Shown here piece by piece: positions 9,759 to 20,516 of a DNA stretch of 64,000 nucleotides. How positions within the stretch are numbered: position 1 is the stretch's first letter; every line of letters starts with the position of its first letter. The position numbers and the translations under genes were made by a program. A model generated the notes under the pieces. That model saw nothing but the letters and a program-made list of their open reading frames with translations. It was not told the origin of the DNA and ran no database searches. The stretch is taken from assembly GCA_963823675.1 (NCBI GenBank), contig CAWGMT010000013.1, positions 759,177 through 823,176 on the forward strand, written 5' to 3'. The stretch comes from an uncultured Isosphaeraceae bacterium (GTDB taxonomy: Bacteria > Planctomycetota > Planctomycetia > Isosphaerales > Isosphaeraceae).

Positions 9759-12700
9759 TCAGACGATCCCATGCTTTTTCAGCTTGCTGAAAAAAGTGCT
9801 TCGCGGAATTCCGAGCAGGCGTGCTGCGACGCTCTTGTTGCCCTTGGCTTCATTGAGGATGTCGAGAAGCCGCTGGCGCTCGTAGGCAAGGAATTCCGCA
9901 TTCCACTCTTCGGCCGCTGGAGACTCGCGGTCGACTTGAGTCGAGGATGACGGCTCTGTCAGCGAGTGTGACACAGCCGAAGAGCCCGGCAGCGCGGGCA
10001 GGCCAGCGACAAAACCCGACTTGCTGGCAAGGGAAAGTGCCGGGGTTGCCGCGGCGCTGGGGAGTCGTGGGCGAACTCGCCGCCGGATCGGTTGCCGCAG
10101 CTCCGGCGGCAAGTCACTCAGCGTCACGGCCGGACCATCGGCCAGCACGACCGCTCGTTCCAGGACGTTTTCCAGCTCGCGAATATTTCCCGGCCACTCA
10201 TGGGCGACGAGCGCTTCGACCGCCTCTGGCTCGAGGTGAGTGACGAACTTGCCGGTTCTTTGCGACTGGACCTTCAGGAAAAAGACCGCCAGCTCGAAGA
10301 TGTCTTCGCGGCGCTCGCGCAGCGGGGCGCTTGCAGGCAGATCACATTGAGACGGTAGTACAGATCTTCGCGGAACCGCCCGGCGCGAATCAGAGCCTCC
10401 AGGTCTTGGTGCGTCGCCGCCAAGATTCGGACATCAACTTTGATCGGCTGCGAGCTGCCCACCCGTTCGAACGACATCTCCTGGAGAACGCGGAGGAGCT
10501 TGGTCTGCACTTCCAGGTTGATATCGCCGATCTCGTCCAGGAATAACGTCCCACCGTTGGCCTGCTCGAACCGGCCGACTCGATCGCGATCCGCCCCCGT
10601 GAAGGCGCCCTTGACGTGGCCGAAGAGCTCGCTTTCCAGCAGGCTCTGAGACAACGCGGCACAATGGACCTTGACAAATGGCCGCGCCCGCGCGAACTGG
10701 CGTGGTGGATCGCCATTGCCAGCAACTCCTTGCCAGTGCCGCTTTCGCCGCGGATCAGCACGGCGGAGTGTGTCGCCGCTACTTTTTGGGCCATTCTGTT
10801 CATCGTTCGAACCGGGGTGCTCGAACCGATGATGCCGTCAAAGGCACGGGAGAGATCGAACTGGTCGCCGGCGCGCTCCGCGATGGCGTGTTCACTGGAC
10901 GGCCCGACCCCCACGACTTCTCGCACCCGTTCGGCTCGATCCCGCAGTTGATCTTGAAGAATCAGAATGCGTCGTTGCTGTTCGGCGATCTTCTCGACCT
11001 TGTCACGTAATTCGCGATTCAAGCTTTCCAGTGTTTGCTGAATGTCGGCGGAATGCAGGACCAGAGTGGCAACTGAGCTCAGAGCCGCCAGGAAGGCCAT
11101 TTCTTCATCCTCGTAGGGCATGCCGCTGCGCTTGGGACCGAGCACCAAGAGCCCGGCAACGTGGCCATCGCCTCCCAGGGCGGCAGCCGCCTCGCCTCCC
11201 AGAGCAATCATCGCATCGGTGGCGTCGTCCGACGAGCTGCTCAGTACGGGGGGATGCGAGAGGCGGACGGTGGGTGATTGCCGCAGCCGCGCCACGAGCG
11301 GATTGTCGGCATGAAGGGTCCGCTCATCGGGCGTAGGGCCGTGACTCGCGATGAGCGAGAGCGGCCGGCCCGGCGCTTCTGCGAGGTACAGGGCTCCCCA
11401 TTCGAGCCGCAAGACCTCGGCCGCCGCCTCCAGCAACCGGCGGCCCAGTGTCACCCGGTCAATCAGGCTGCCGACTGCCAGGCGCATCTTCTGCATCGCT
11501 CGATCGAACTTGTATTTCTCCCGGAAGAAGTGTCGATCGATCACCCGTTGGTATCGCCCGCGCACGACCTCCGAGACAATCAAGACGAAGATCACCGACA
11601 CGGCTGCCACCAGAGCCCCTCGCGAGGTCGCGTGCGTCGCGAACAACTGATCTCCGATCAACTTGCCAAACACCAAGAGCAGGGCCGAGTAGATCAATCC
11701 AGGCGTCAGGCTAAACGCGAAATACACCGCGCTTCGATTGATGATCGCTTCGACCTGCATGAGCTTGTAGCGCGTGATGCTGAACGCGTGGGCCATCGTG
11801 TAGAGCAACGATACGCCAAACATCGGCCACGCAGCGTTGTTCCGCCCCAGCGTCGCCGGATCGCGCCAGGCCTGCGCCAGCAAGTACGCAATGAGACCGG
11901 AAGCGATGACCGACGCCAGCAGGATCCATTGAACCTGATTCCGTTCGGCGCGTGTCCGCGCGTTGCGGTAGCTGGCCGCAAGACAGAAGAGGCACGCGCC
12001 GAAGGTCACCGCGGCGAGCGCGACATAGCCCAGCGCCAGTCCCCGGACCATCTCAAAGGCCGCGGCTGCTCGCAGGCTCTGTTCGTGCCTCGAGAGCCAC
12101 CGCGCCGAATACATGGTTCCCCAGAGCGCAAGCAGGTAGGCCGTCGCGATCCCGTAAAGGACGCCCAGCACCCGGCGGCCATGACGCTGGAGAATCGGAT
12201 TGCGCCGAGGAAAGACCAGATAGAAATGCAGGTTGACCACCGGCACGAAAACGGCAAACAAGGCGAACGGATAGATCAAGGCAGGCTCGTGGACGATCTC
12301 GGTCCAGTGATAGCCTCCCATGTAAGCGCCGACCGTGACGATGCAGAGCGCGAAGAACCACTGGGCCGAGTCGTCATCCGGGCGCTTCCAGAAGACACGC
12401 GCACCGATGCCGAAAATCAGTAGTTCCTGAAGGAACCAGACGCAAGACCAAAAATAAGTACGAGCCGGTGGATACTGCACAACGACTGCGGCAGTGCAAA
12501 TCTCTCCGCTCGCCTGGTCGCGCCACTTCACGTCGATTGTCTGACCGACTCGCCCGTTCAGATCCCGCATCGCCTGAAGGTAGTCCGCATAAATCCCCTC
12601 ATTAATGCGCACCTGACCGATCCACAACAGCGTGTCGCCTACTTCGGGCCGCCTGTCATGCCAGACATATTCCGGCGGAATCTCTTCACCCAGCTTCGTC

Positions 12701-12951
12701 CCGAACATGCAACGCGCGCCGATTGTGCCCATCCATGCGACGTGGGTAAGCACCGCGATCGAGTAGAGGATGACCCCTAATGAGCACCCCATCCAGAAGG
12801 TACGCAACAGCGTGCGATTCTTCGACGTGCCGAGCGTCGTAAACCGTGCGCCAGGGACACCCCTCGTCACCCAGGAGTCGCCCCTACCGAAGCGACCCCG
12901 ACTTTCTGCGTTGAATGGAGGTCGCGGGCTTTGACTTGCTGGTAGATCCAT
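9759..12951 (-). CDS. sigma-54-dependent transcriptional activator with a large N-terminal polytopic membrane sensor and GAF-like domain; split into three frames by two single-base frameshifts
   Basis: ORF 10390..12951 has more than 10 TM helices, an extracytoplasmic segment, a GAF-like region, then [18 protein letters not shown] (Walker A). ORF 10274..10654 is the sigma-54 AAA+ core ([49 protein letters not shown]). ORF 9759..10148 is PLRERREDI...[10 protein letters not shown] plus the Fis-type HTH ([20 protein letters not shown]). Adding one C or G at about 10681 and about 10325 restores one continuous frame. Confidence 0.8.
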
Positions 12952-13545
12952 GATGTCATCACAAAGGAGCAGTCACGCAGGAGCAGGAACTTCGGTGAAA
13001 TCAACGCAGACAAGACTGTGCTATTCTAGAACAACCCTATCCATTCGGCGCCGACATGCAAGGGTTTCGCTGTCGAGATATCGCCAGTTCGCCGATGCGA
13101 CACCGTTGCCTCCGGAGTATCTCGCTGGTCTTACGAATTTCACTCATCTTACCCGAACTCGCGAGAATAACTATCGTGTACCGCCTTAACTCAGCTCATT
13201 CAGGTCCCTAGTCATTAATATAAGGTGTATAGGATGGCTTTAGCGATATCGTCTCTAGAGGTTTTAACGGAGACAAGCCTGTGTCGGCGCCGAAAGCACG
13301 TCACCCGGGGCCCGGCCACCAGGCGCGCCGAACCGACTTCTCAGCGTCTTCAGGCTGTTGGAAGCTTTTACGCGCAGGGGCACGAAAGATGCAGATGACC
13401 TCTGCGCTACTAGTAGGCCGATCTGACCTGCGTGAAGGTTGGTTCTCGTTCCCGGGCGGTGTGCCTGATCGCGGCAGCGGTCCAACGTTGATTCTGCACC
13501 AAGTTTTCAAGCCATCAAGATTTTGCTTCTGATTGAGGAACACCC

Positions 13546-14424
13546 ATGCGGCTTGCGGCGAAGTGGCAAACTTCGTGGTCCGTCGTCTCGTCGGGCGCTG
13601 ACACCGAGCGCGCCAAATCGGTGCCTCTCGAACGGGGACGCGTTGACGTGTTACGTCTGGGTCAGGGCGACCCCATCGTTCTTGTTCCTGGGCTGGCCGG
13701 AAGCTGGAAACTGGTGCTCCCACTCGCCAGGCAACTGGCGAGAGACTTCGAGGTCTTCGCCATCGGATTACGCGGTGATCGCTCGTCGTGGGGCGGCGAT
13801 AGCGACGCGTGCAGTGTTTCCGACATCGGCGAGCACGCCGACGACCTAGCCCGAGTCATTGAACTTCTTGGCCTGGAGTGTCCCACGGTATTCGGCGTCT
13901 CGTTCGGCGGGGCGGTCGCGCTGGAAATGGCCGTCGCTTACCCGCATCGCCTGGGAGGGCTGATCGTGCACGGCGCCGAGGCCCGTTTCCGCACGACACT
14001 CGGTTCGACGATCGCTCGCCAGGTGCTCGATCGTTTTTCTCTCCCGACTGATAACCGCTTCATCAACCAATTCTTCCATCTTCTCTACGGCGCCAAACCC
14101 AAACCTGGCCCGCTGGTTGATTTTGTCGTTGACCGGATCTGGGAGACGGATCAGAGCGTGATGGCTCGGCGATTGGCTCTACTGGAAACTTTCGACGTTT
14201 CGGATCGGCTCTGGCGAATCGAGGTACCGACCCTCGTACTGGCCGGGTTGCGCGACATCATCATCCCCGCGTCCCGGCAACGCGCCCTGGCGCAGGGAAT
14301 CCTCGGCGCGCAATTCGAGGTGATCGAAAACGCCGGTCACATCGGTTTTTTGACCCACACAACCGAAGTCGTGCGCAACGTCCGCCGCCACCTCCGCAAG
14401 GTCAAGGCCGCCTTCCAGCATTGA
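13546..14424 (+). CDS. alpha/beta-fold hydrolase
   Basis: The nucleophile elbow GVSFGG and the overall a/b-hydrolase spacing. Confidence 0.75.
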   Translation: MRLAAKWQTSWSVVSSGADTERAKSVPLERGRVDVLRLGQGDPIVLVPGLAGSWKLVLPLARQLARDFEVFAIGLRGDRSSWGGDSDACSVSDIGEHADDLARVIELLGLECPTVFGVSFGGAVALEMAVAYPHRLGGLIVHGAEARFRTTLGSTIARQVLDRFSLPTDNRFINQFFHLLYGAKPKPGPLVDFVVDRIWETDQSVMARRLALLETFDVSDRLWRIEVPTLVLAGLRDIIIPASRQRALAQGILGAQFEVIENAGHIGFLTHTTEVVRNVRRHLRKVKAAFQH

Positions 14425-14777
14425 TGTGCGTCCTCTACATGTAAGCGGTCGGGACTCAACTTGAACTCGGCAAAGACCTTCAATCCCTTGCACCTCGCCT
14501 TCAAGCTTTCCACCAGTTCACGCTTCACCGAACCCGACCCGATCCAGATCGCATTGACACCGTAGTCGTCCAGGGACGATCCCCTGTCGAAGATCTGGGT
14601 CGGCACGCCCCCGTAGATTCCGCGGATCTCGATGTGCGACCGTCGCTCGGATCGTCCAGGCGGTTGTGTCGTGGCGAAACACACGCACAAGTTGAGGACC
14701 ACGACTGCCAGTCCCGTGGCTTTCGGCAATGACGGAAATCCGCACATCGTATTCGCTTTCTTTGGTCGTTCGTTCAC
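14337..14777 (-). pseudogene. possible truncated gene fragment (signal peptide plus the start of a TIM-barrel-like lipoprotein) overlapping the 3' end of the hydrolase gene
   Basis: 146-aa ORF with a signal-like MCGFPSLPKATGLAVVVLNLCVCFA, ending inside the convergent gene (88-nt overlap). It may be spurious. Confidence 0.2.
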
Positions 14778-14876
14778 CGCGCGAGATCACGTCGCCGGGA
14801 ACCGGTCCCCGATTGCTCGTGAATCCGCTAGTATCGAATCAACGCCCGGCCGTCTCAAGAGGCCGGCTTCGATGTT

Positions 14877-15497
14877 GTGAGCGGTACGCCGTTAACCTCG
14901 AATCTCACGGATCGATTCATGTGCTCTCCATTGATCTCGTCACGCCTTGAAGAGGCTTTGCGCTGGGCAGCCCAGTGCCATCAAGGCCAAACTCGTCACG
15001 GGGGAAATACGCCCTATATCACCCACGTCGTCGCCGTCGCAATCATCCTCGATCGGGCGCGGTTTGACGAGGACGTCGTCATCGCCGGCCTGCTTCACGA
15101 TATCGTCGAGGATACGCCGGTCATGCTCACGGAGGTGGCCGCTCGATTTGGAAACTGCGTGGCCGAAATCGTCCGGCATTGCTCCGAGGTCAAGACCGAC
15201 GATCTCGGGCTGAAACGGCCTTGGATCGACCGGAAGCGTGACCACATCGCGGCACTGGCCGACGCCCCTCTTGCCGCGCGGGCGGTCGTCCTGGCCGACA
15301 AGCTGCATAACCTCGTCTGCATCGAGGTCGACCTCCTCCAGGGCCGTCCGGTCTGGTCTCAATTCCACGCGGAGCGGGATCAGGTTCTCTGGTATTACCA
15401 CGCCATGATCGACCGATGCGGCGAGGACGAACATCGGCTGGTGCAACTTGCCGAGGTATGTCGCCAAGTGCTGAGCCGCATCGAAGGTGCGGGGTAG
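14877..15497 (+). CDS. HD-domain protein, RelA/SpoT-N-terminal-like (possible small alarmone hydrolase)
   Basis: LEEALRWAAQCHQGQTRHGGNTPYITHVVAV and LLHDIVEDT are the HD motifs of (p)ppGpp hydrolases. An alternative start is at 14919. Confidence 0.7.
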   Translation: MSGTPLTSNLTDRFMCSPLISSRLEEALRWAAQCHQGQTRHGGNTPYITHVVAVAIILDRARFDEDVVIAGLLHDIVEDTPVMLTEVAARFGNCVAEIVRHCSEVKTDDLGLKRPWIDRKRDHIAALADAPLAARAVVLADKLHNLVCIEVDLLQGRPVWSQFHAERDQVLWYYHAMIDRCGEDEHRLVQLAEVCRQVLSRIEGAG

Positions 15498-15690
15498 AGG
15501 AGGAGTTCCGTGAGCATAAAACTCATCCCCCTGAGCCGGCTGGCGGCAGATTCGCAGGGGACACTGACTGAGTGTCTGGACTCTGGGGAGGCGCTGGTCG
15601 TTGAGCTGCCGGAGCTATCCGACCGCACCAGTCGCCGAGCCCGATGCGGCCTCTCCCGCGACGTCACTCTTGAGCTTGCCGAGCAGATCA

Positions 15691-16709
15691 TCATAAGTTG
15701 AACGGCATGCCGCGATCGTAGACAAACCGAGGTGGGAGCCCTACCACGCGACTTGCCCCCAGGCGAAACAGTGCGCGGCGGCAGGTTGTCAGCTCTTGCG
15801 CCTGGAGGAGTGCGGTGACACGCCAGCCGGAACGGCCGTGCTCGTCGCGGGCCTCCCCGCGCGCACATGCAGACCGCCCCGATCGCGCAGGTGATTCGCG
15901 ACCAGGTCGGCGTTGTCGGTTTGCCCAGGCGCCGCGCCGCCAACCACTTCGAGATAGAGCCAGCTCTCGGCGTCGCGGACTCCGTCGATCGCGTCGAAAA
16001 GGAGCGCGAGCGGGCCGTTATCCCCCTCTTCGGTCAAACATGCCAGGCTCGGCCGGTGGCCGATCATGCAGGCCGCCGACTCGAGCACGGTGCCTCCCTC
16101 GATCTCACGCAGGCGGTTGTCCCTCAGGGTCGTGCCCGAGCTGGTCAAATCGACGATGATGTCGGCGATCCCCAGGCTCGGATGCAGCTCGAGCGCCCCG
16201 TCCGAGTGGATCAATTGATAATAATAGATGCCGAATTTACGGAAGTGCTGCCGGACAAGCGCCGGATACTTGGTTGAGACCCGGAAGCTGCGGCTGGCGC
16301 TCTTGTATTCCGTCGTCAGATCGACTAGATCCAGGATGTGGCTGACGTCGATCCAACTTTCGGGCACGGCGATGGCCAGCCGGCAGCCGCCAAATCCCAG
16401 GTCGGAGACGGCCACGATCGCCTGGTCGGCAAAAGCGGCGTGCTCAGAAAAGACATCCAGGCCCGTCACACCGAGATGGCAGCGCCCTTCTTGAACCTGG
16501 ATTACAATATCGGCCGGACGCATGAAGACGACGTGGAATCGGCTCTGGCCGGCGATCGTGGCCTCGTACTGGCGGTCGCTGGGTCGCCTGACCTTGTAGC
16601 CGGCCGTCTTCAAGAGCTCGACGGTCCCCTCGTAGAGATGGCCCTTGGAGGGAAGTGCCAGCCGGATCGGATCGATGGGTTCTCTGGACATGAGCCGAGC
16701 ATCCTTCAT
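15691..16709 (-). CDS. hisG: ATP phosphoribosyltransferase, apparently long form with a C-terminal regulatory domain; the C-terminus is reached only after a single-base frame correction
   Basis: MKDARL..PIRLALPSKGHL..DIVIQVQEGR..LGVTG..IVDLTSSGTTLRDN. The ORF-track frame ends at 15789 with a non-conserved tail. A -1 frame from about 15850-15880 reads WRVTALLQAQEL..ALFRLGASRVVGLPPRF, resembling the HisG C-terminal domain, with a stop at 15691. The 187-aa N-terminal extension in the ORF track is spurious. Confidence 0.8.
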
Positions 16710-17949
16710 GCCGCGTTCGACGTGACGTCGACCAGCCGCTCGAGCCCAAAAGCGAACCCGACGCCGCGCGCGTCGCGGTCGCTCCCCAGGACACGGGCCA
16801 GGCCATCGTAACGTCCGCCTCCGCAGACTTCGATCGGTCCGGCCGGAGTCGGGACAACCAGCTCGAAGATCATCTGGGTGTAAAAGCCGATCCCCCGGCC
16901 GAAACCCAGGTCCAGCTCGACCCGGCTTGACTCGACGCCGTGCGCGCCGAGGTGCGCCACCAGCTCTCCCAGGCCGGATACCGATCGAGGCGCCAGTGCG
17001 GCGAATGATCTGGCTAGTTGCGCGAGCACGATGTCGGTCGGGCCGCGCAGCTCGGCGAGCGCATGGACCTGCTGGCGTACCCGGCCCAGGATCTGGTCGA
17101 GCGAGCGGGCCAGGTCCCACTTCCGCCGCAGGCGGTGAATGATCTCGTGGCCCGATCGGCGGCCGGTGACGTCGGGTACGAGGTGCCGGAACAAGCGATC
17201 GACTCCGCGGTCGTCGGCCCGGCTTACCGCCGGCACGATGGCCTCGGCGTCGTCTCCAGCCTTGAGCCACCCGGCCAGGCGATCCAGCGCCGACTCGAGA
17301 TCCTGGATGCCTTTCCCTTCCGCGGCCGAGGCGCTCAGCATCTCGACCAAGGCCGAGGTGGCCGCCGGCGGCAGCCCTGTTCCACCCAGGATTTCGAGGA
17401 TCAGTCCGACATGTCCGATCCGAACGAACGCATCCGGGATTCCCGCCTCCTGGAGCGACCGATTGGCCAGGCCGATCACTTCGGCGTCCGCGGCCGATCC
17501 CCCAGCCCCGATCAACTCGACGCCGACCTGGGTAAACTCGCGCAGGCGGTGGCCGCTCGGGTCGCTCTCATACCGGAACACCGGGCCCGAGGAGCTCACG
17601 CGCCAGGGCAGGGGCGGGCAGAAGGCGCTTCGGCATAGGCTCGCACGATGCTCGCGGTGAGCTCGGGTCGCAGGCAGATCGCCGCCGGGCCGCCACCGGT
17701 CAGCTCGAAGAGCTTGGACACAATCCCCGCGCCGCTTTTCCGCTCGTGCAGCTCGGCAAATTCCAGGATCGGCGTGCGCACGGGCTCGTAACCTGCTCGC
17801 GCGAAGCCCTCGAGCAGTTGCCGCTCGAGAGCCGCCAATCGCGAGCAGTCGGCCGCCAGGTAGTCTTGCGTTCCGCGAACCAGCCCGACCGGACGCTCCA
17901 GCAGCGGTATCGAGCCGCGCGGCACTGGCTGGGATGCCGGAGCGTTCAT
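16706..17949 (-). CDS. hisZ: ATP phosphoribosyltransferase regulatory subunit HisZ (HisRS paralog lacking the anticodon-binding domain); one apparent frameshift at a G4/C4 run near 17611
   Basis: The N-terminal ORF 17596..17949 reads GTQDYLAADC..LRPELTASIVRAY. The C-terminal frame reads PVFRYE..REFTQVGVELIG...GGGRYDGL..GFAFGLERL and stops without an anticodon domain. The stop overlaps the hisG ATG (ATGA) and the start overlaps the hisS stop (ATGA). Confidence 0.8.
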
Positions 17950-19316
17950 GGACCGGCTCCTTCCTGCTTGAGGATCTCAAGCGCGCTTTCGACCGAGTCC
18001 TCGAGTACCGACAGGTCAAGCCCCTTGTCCTCTTCGCGCGTGGTCAAGCTGCGGAGGTTGAAAACCTGCCTGGCCTGCTCGTCCGGTCCGACGATCACGG
18101 CGAGCTTATGGCCGCGCTTCGAGCCATAACCCATTTGCTTGCCGATCGAGATCGGGTCGGGAAAGACCTCGGCCCCGATCCCCGCGGCCCGCAGCCGTGC
18201 CGCCAGCTTGATGGGTACGCTCGGGTCGGTCCCGGGAAAGTTCGCGACCAGAACCGGCACCGTCGTCGAACTGGACTTGAGCCGGCCGGCCTCGTCCAGG
18301 AGTGCCAGCAGCCGATCGAGCCCGATCGACGCCCCCACGCCGGGCAGTCGCCGCGGGGTGAACAAGCTCGCGAGGTTGTCGTACCGTCCGCCCGATGCGA
18401 CACTCCCGAACTTTTCCCAGCCGTTGACGGTCGTCTCGAAGACGATACCTGTATAGTAATCAAGGCCCCGGGCCAGTCCGAGATTGATCCGGAACCGATT
18501 CGGCGGCACGCCGGCTGCGACGAGTAGCTCGAGGACCGTGTGCAGGTTCGCGATGCCTTCCTGGACGAGTGGATTGGCTCCCAGGGCCTTCTTTGCATCT
18601 TCCAGGATCTCGTCCCCTCCTCGAAATCGAACGGCTAGCTCGACGATTTGTGCGGCTTTGTCCGCCGGCAAACCCGCCCCGCCACCGTTGACGCTCTTTT
18701 GCAGTTCGTCGCACACGCCGTCGGCGCCGAGCTTGTCCAGTTTGTCGAGGGCCCGGAGTACCGGACCGCATCGATTTCCCAGGCCCTGCAAATCGAGCAA
18801 ACCGGTCAGTACTCTGCGGTCGTTGAGCGTGATCGTGAAGTCGGACACTCCTGCCGAAATGAGCGCCGCGTGGATCACCTGGGCGGTCTCGGCGTCGGCA
18901 ACCGTGCTCTCGGTGCCGATCGTGTCGAAATCGCACTGCGCGAATTCGCGAAATCGGCCCTTGGCCGGGCGCTCGCCGCGAAAGACCGATCCGATGGCGT
19001 AACGCTTGAACGGAGTACCCAGTTCGTCAATGTGCTTGGCCACGAATCGGGCCAGGGGAACCGTCAGGTCGAATCTCAGGGCCAGCTCGCCCGGAGTACC
19101 ACCTTTATTGGTCACCTCGAAGATCTGCCGCAGAACCTCATCCGAGCCTGCTCCTTTCCCGGTCAGGACTTCCATCCGCTCAATGTGCGGCGTCTCGATC
19201 GGCACGAACCCGAAGCTGGCGAACGTCGCGCGGAAGCCCGCCAGGATTCGCTCGCGCGGAATCATCACCGCCGGGGTCAGGTCTCTGAGGCCGCTGGCCA
19301 CGCGAGGGTCGATCAT
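17946..19316 (-). CDS. hisS: histidyl-tRNA synthetase
   Basis: Class II aaRS motifs (GLRDLTP..RYAIGSVFRGERP..FREFAQCDFD..GGGRYDNL..GVGASIGLDRL) plus a C-terminal anticodon-binding domain. The start is taken at MIDPRVASGLRD. Confidence 0.9.
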   Translation of the reverse strand: MIDPRVASGLRDLTPAVMIPRERILAGFRATFASFGFVPIETPHIERMEVLTGKGAGSDEVLRQIFEVTNKGGTPGELALRFDLTVPLARFVAKHIDELGTPFKRYAIGSVFRGERPAKGRFREFAQCDFDTIGTESTVADAETAQVIHAALISAGVSDFTITLNDRRVLTGLLDLQGLGNRCGPVLRALDKLDKLGADGVCDELQKSVNGGGAGLPADKAAQIVELAVRFRGGDEILEDAKKALGANPLVQEGIANLHTVLELLVAAGVPPNRFRINLGLARGLDYYTGIVFETTVNGWEKFGSVASGGRYDNLASLFTPRRLPGVGASIGLDRLLALLDEAGRLKSSSTTVPVLVANFPGTDPSVPIKLAARLRAAGIGAEVFPDPISIGKQMGYGSKRGHKLAVIVGPDEQARQVFNLRSLTTREEDKGLDLSVLEDSVESALEILKQEGAGP

Positions 19317-19335
19317 GGAGCGAATTCTCTTTCTT

Positions 19336-20265
19336 TCAGTTTCGGCCCTGGTCACCGAGCGGCCGCGCGACATAACGGCCGCCGTTGGCGGCGGCGATCC
19401 GCTTGAGATGGTCGCCAGCCAGCCCGGGGGCGAGGTCGATGCAGTGGATCGGGACCTTGCGCCTGTTGAACTTGGTGATCTCTTCGACGGTCCCCGGTGG
19501 ATACTCGCCGTCGGAGAGCAGGAAGACGGCGTCCGGCTTCAGTCCCAGCGCCTGCCGCATCGCGGCGCGGGGATCGGTGCCGCCGTCGGGCTCGATCAAG
19601 CGAAGCCACGAGATCAAGAGGTTCTTGGACTGGAGATCCGCGGTTCGGGGCGTGGGACCACCGGGCATGGGATTGGATTCGTGGTTATAGAAGATCACCT
19701 CAAACCGCTGGGGCGCTTGCAGGGCAAGCACGCTGCGCCGCAGCTCGATCGTCGCGCGGGCAAGTCGAGCTTCGTCGATCATGCTGCCCGAGCTGTCCAC
19801 GACGTAAACAAAGAACAGGCCTCGCTCGCGGATGCCGAAAAACGAAGCCCGCCGCCAGGGGGGAATTTCGTTCCAGTCGGCGGCGTCGGCGGCGTTGTAA
19901 CGGTCCTTGGGATCGCTTCCCGGCGGCATGAGAAACGGGCTTCTGGGTTTCTCCATCTCGGCCTGGGTGCGAACCTCCACAGCGAAAGGGCCGTCGCCGG
20001 CCGCCGGCTGGGATCGCCGGGAAAAGGGCGCACTCGCCGCCGGCTTCTGGGTCGAGGCCGGCCCGGCGCTCCCGCCAGGCTTGGATTTTGGGGCAGGCCG
20101 ACCCGCTGGCTGGGGCGCCCTGTCTTTCGTCTGGCCGGGCGCAGGCTTGGTCTGGTCCTTTGCTTGAGACCGAGCCTGGTTTGGCGGTTCCTGCGCGCTG
20201 CGCGACGATTGCTGGTCCTGGGCCGCCATGGCGGTCGCCAAAATCAGGGCGGGCAACCACGACAT
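19336..20265 (-). CDS. secreted von Willebrand factor A (VWA) domain protein
   Basis: Signal peptide MSWLPALILATAMAA, a Pro/Ala/Lys-rich linker, then a VWA MIDAS-like YVVDSSGSM...LSDG. Confidence 0.7.
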   Translation of the reverse strand: MSWLPALILATAMAAQDQQSSRSAQEPPNQARSQAKDQTKPAPGQTKDRAPQPAGRPAPKSKPGGSAGPASTQKPAASAPFSRRSQPAAGDGPFAVEVRTQAEMEKPRSPFLMPPGSDPKDRYNAADAADWNEIPPWRRASFFGIRERGLFFVYVVDSSGSMIDEARLARATIELRRSVLALQAPQRFEVIFYNHESNPMPGGPTPRTADLQSKNLLISWLRLIEPDGGTDPRAAMRQALGLKPDAVFLLSDGEYPPGTVEEITKFNRRKVPIHCIDLAPGLAGDHLKRIAAANGGRYVARPLGDQGRN

Positions 20266-20516
20266 CTCGATCACTCCTGGCGGGTCAGCCGGGTCCGTTC
20301 TAGAAGGGCCCGCCACGGCAGAAGCCATGCCGGCGGACGAGGCTAGTGTACCATAATGGCGTCGCTAATGAGCGGTTCCCGCTCCGACCACTAGGATCGC
20401 TCGTCCGTGTTTTATAAAATACAATGGAAATCGGGAGGAACAGACTCGGCGCGGCTGTCGAAGTGCGCGTGTGCGCCGGGCCCAGGCGATCTGTATTTTC
20501 CGGGTGAGAATCGCAA

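Noticed and set aside
11278-12423. 381-aa plus-strand ORF (with several shorter ones in 10616-12236)
   Set aside because: It is antisense to the sensor domain of the sigma-54 activator. The composition is dominated by R/P/A/G.
12952-13545. Search for a sigma-54 (-24/-12) promoter, or other recognisable elements, in the low-GC 600-bp divergent intergenic region
   Set aside because: No TGGCAC-N5-TTGC match was found. Only AT-rich stretches of uncertain meaning are present.
14337-14777. Whether this fragment is a full gene
   Set aside because: It overlaps the convergent hydrolase gene by 88 nt, stops early and has no continuation in other frames. It is kept only as a low-confidence fragment or possible remnant.
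16710-17270. 187-aa N-terminal extension of the hisG ORF in the ORF track
   Set aside because: It is a Pro/Arg/Gly-rich read-through. The true start is the ATG at 16709, which overlaps the hisZ stop (ATGA).
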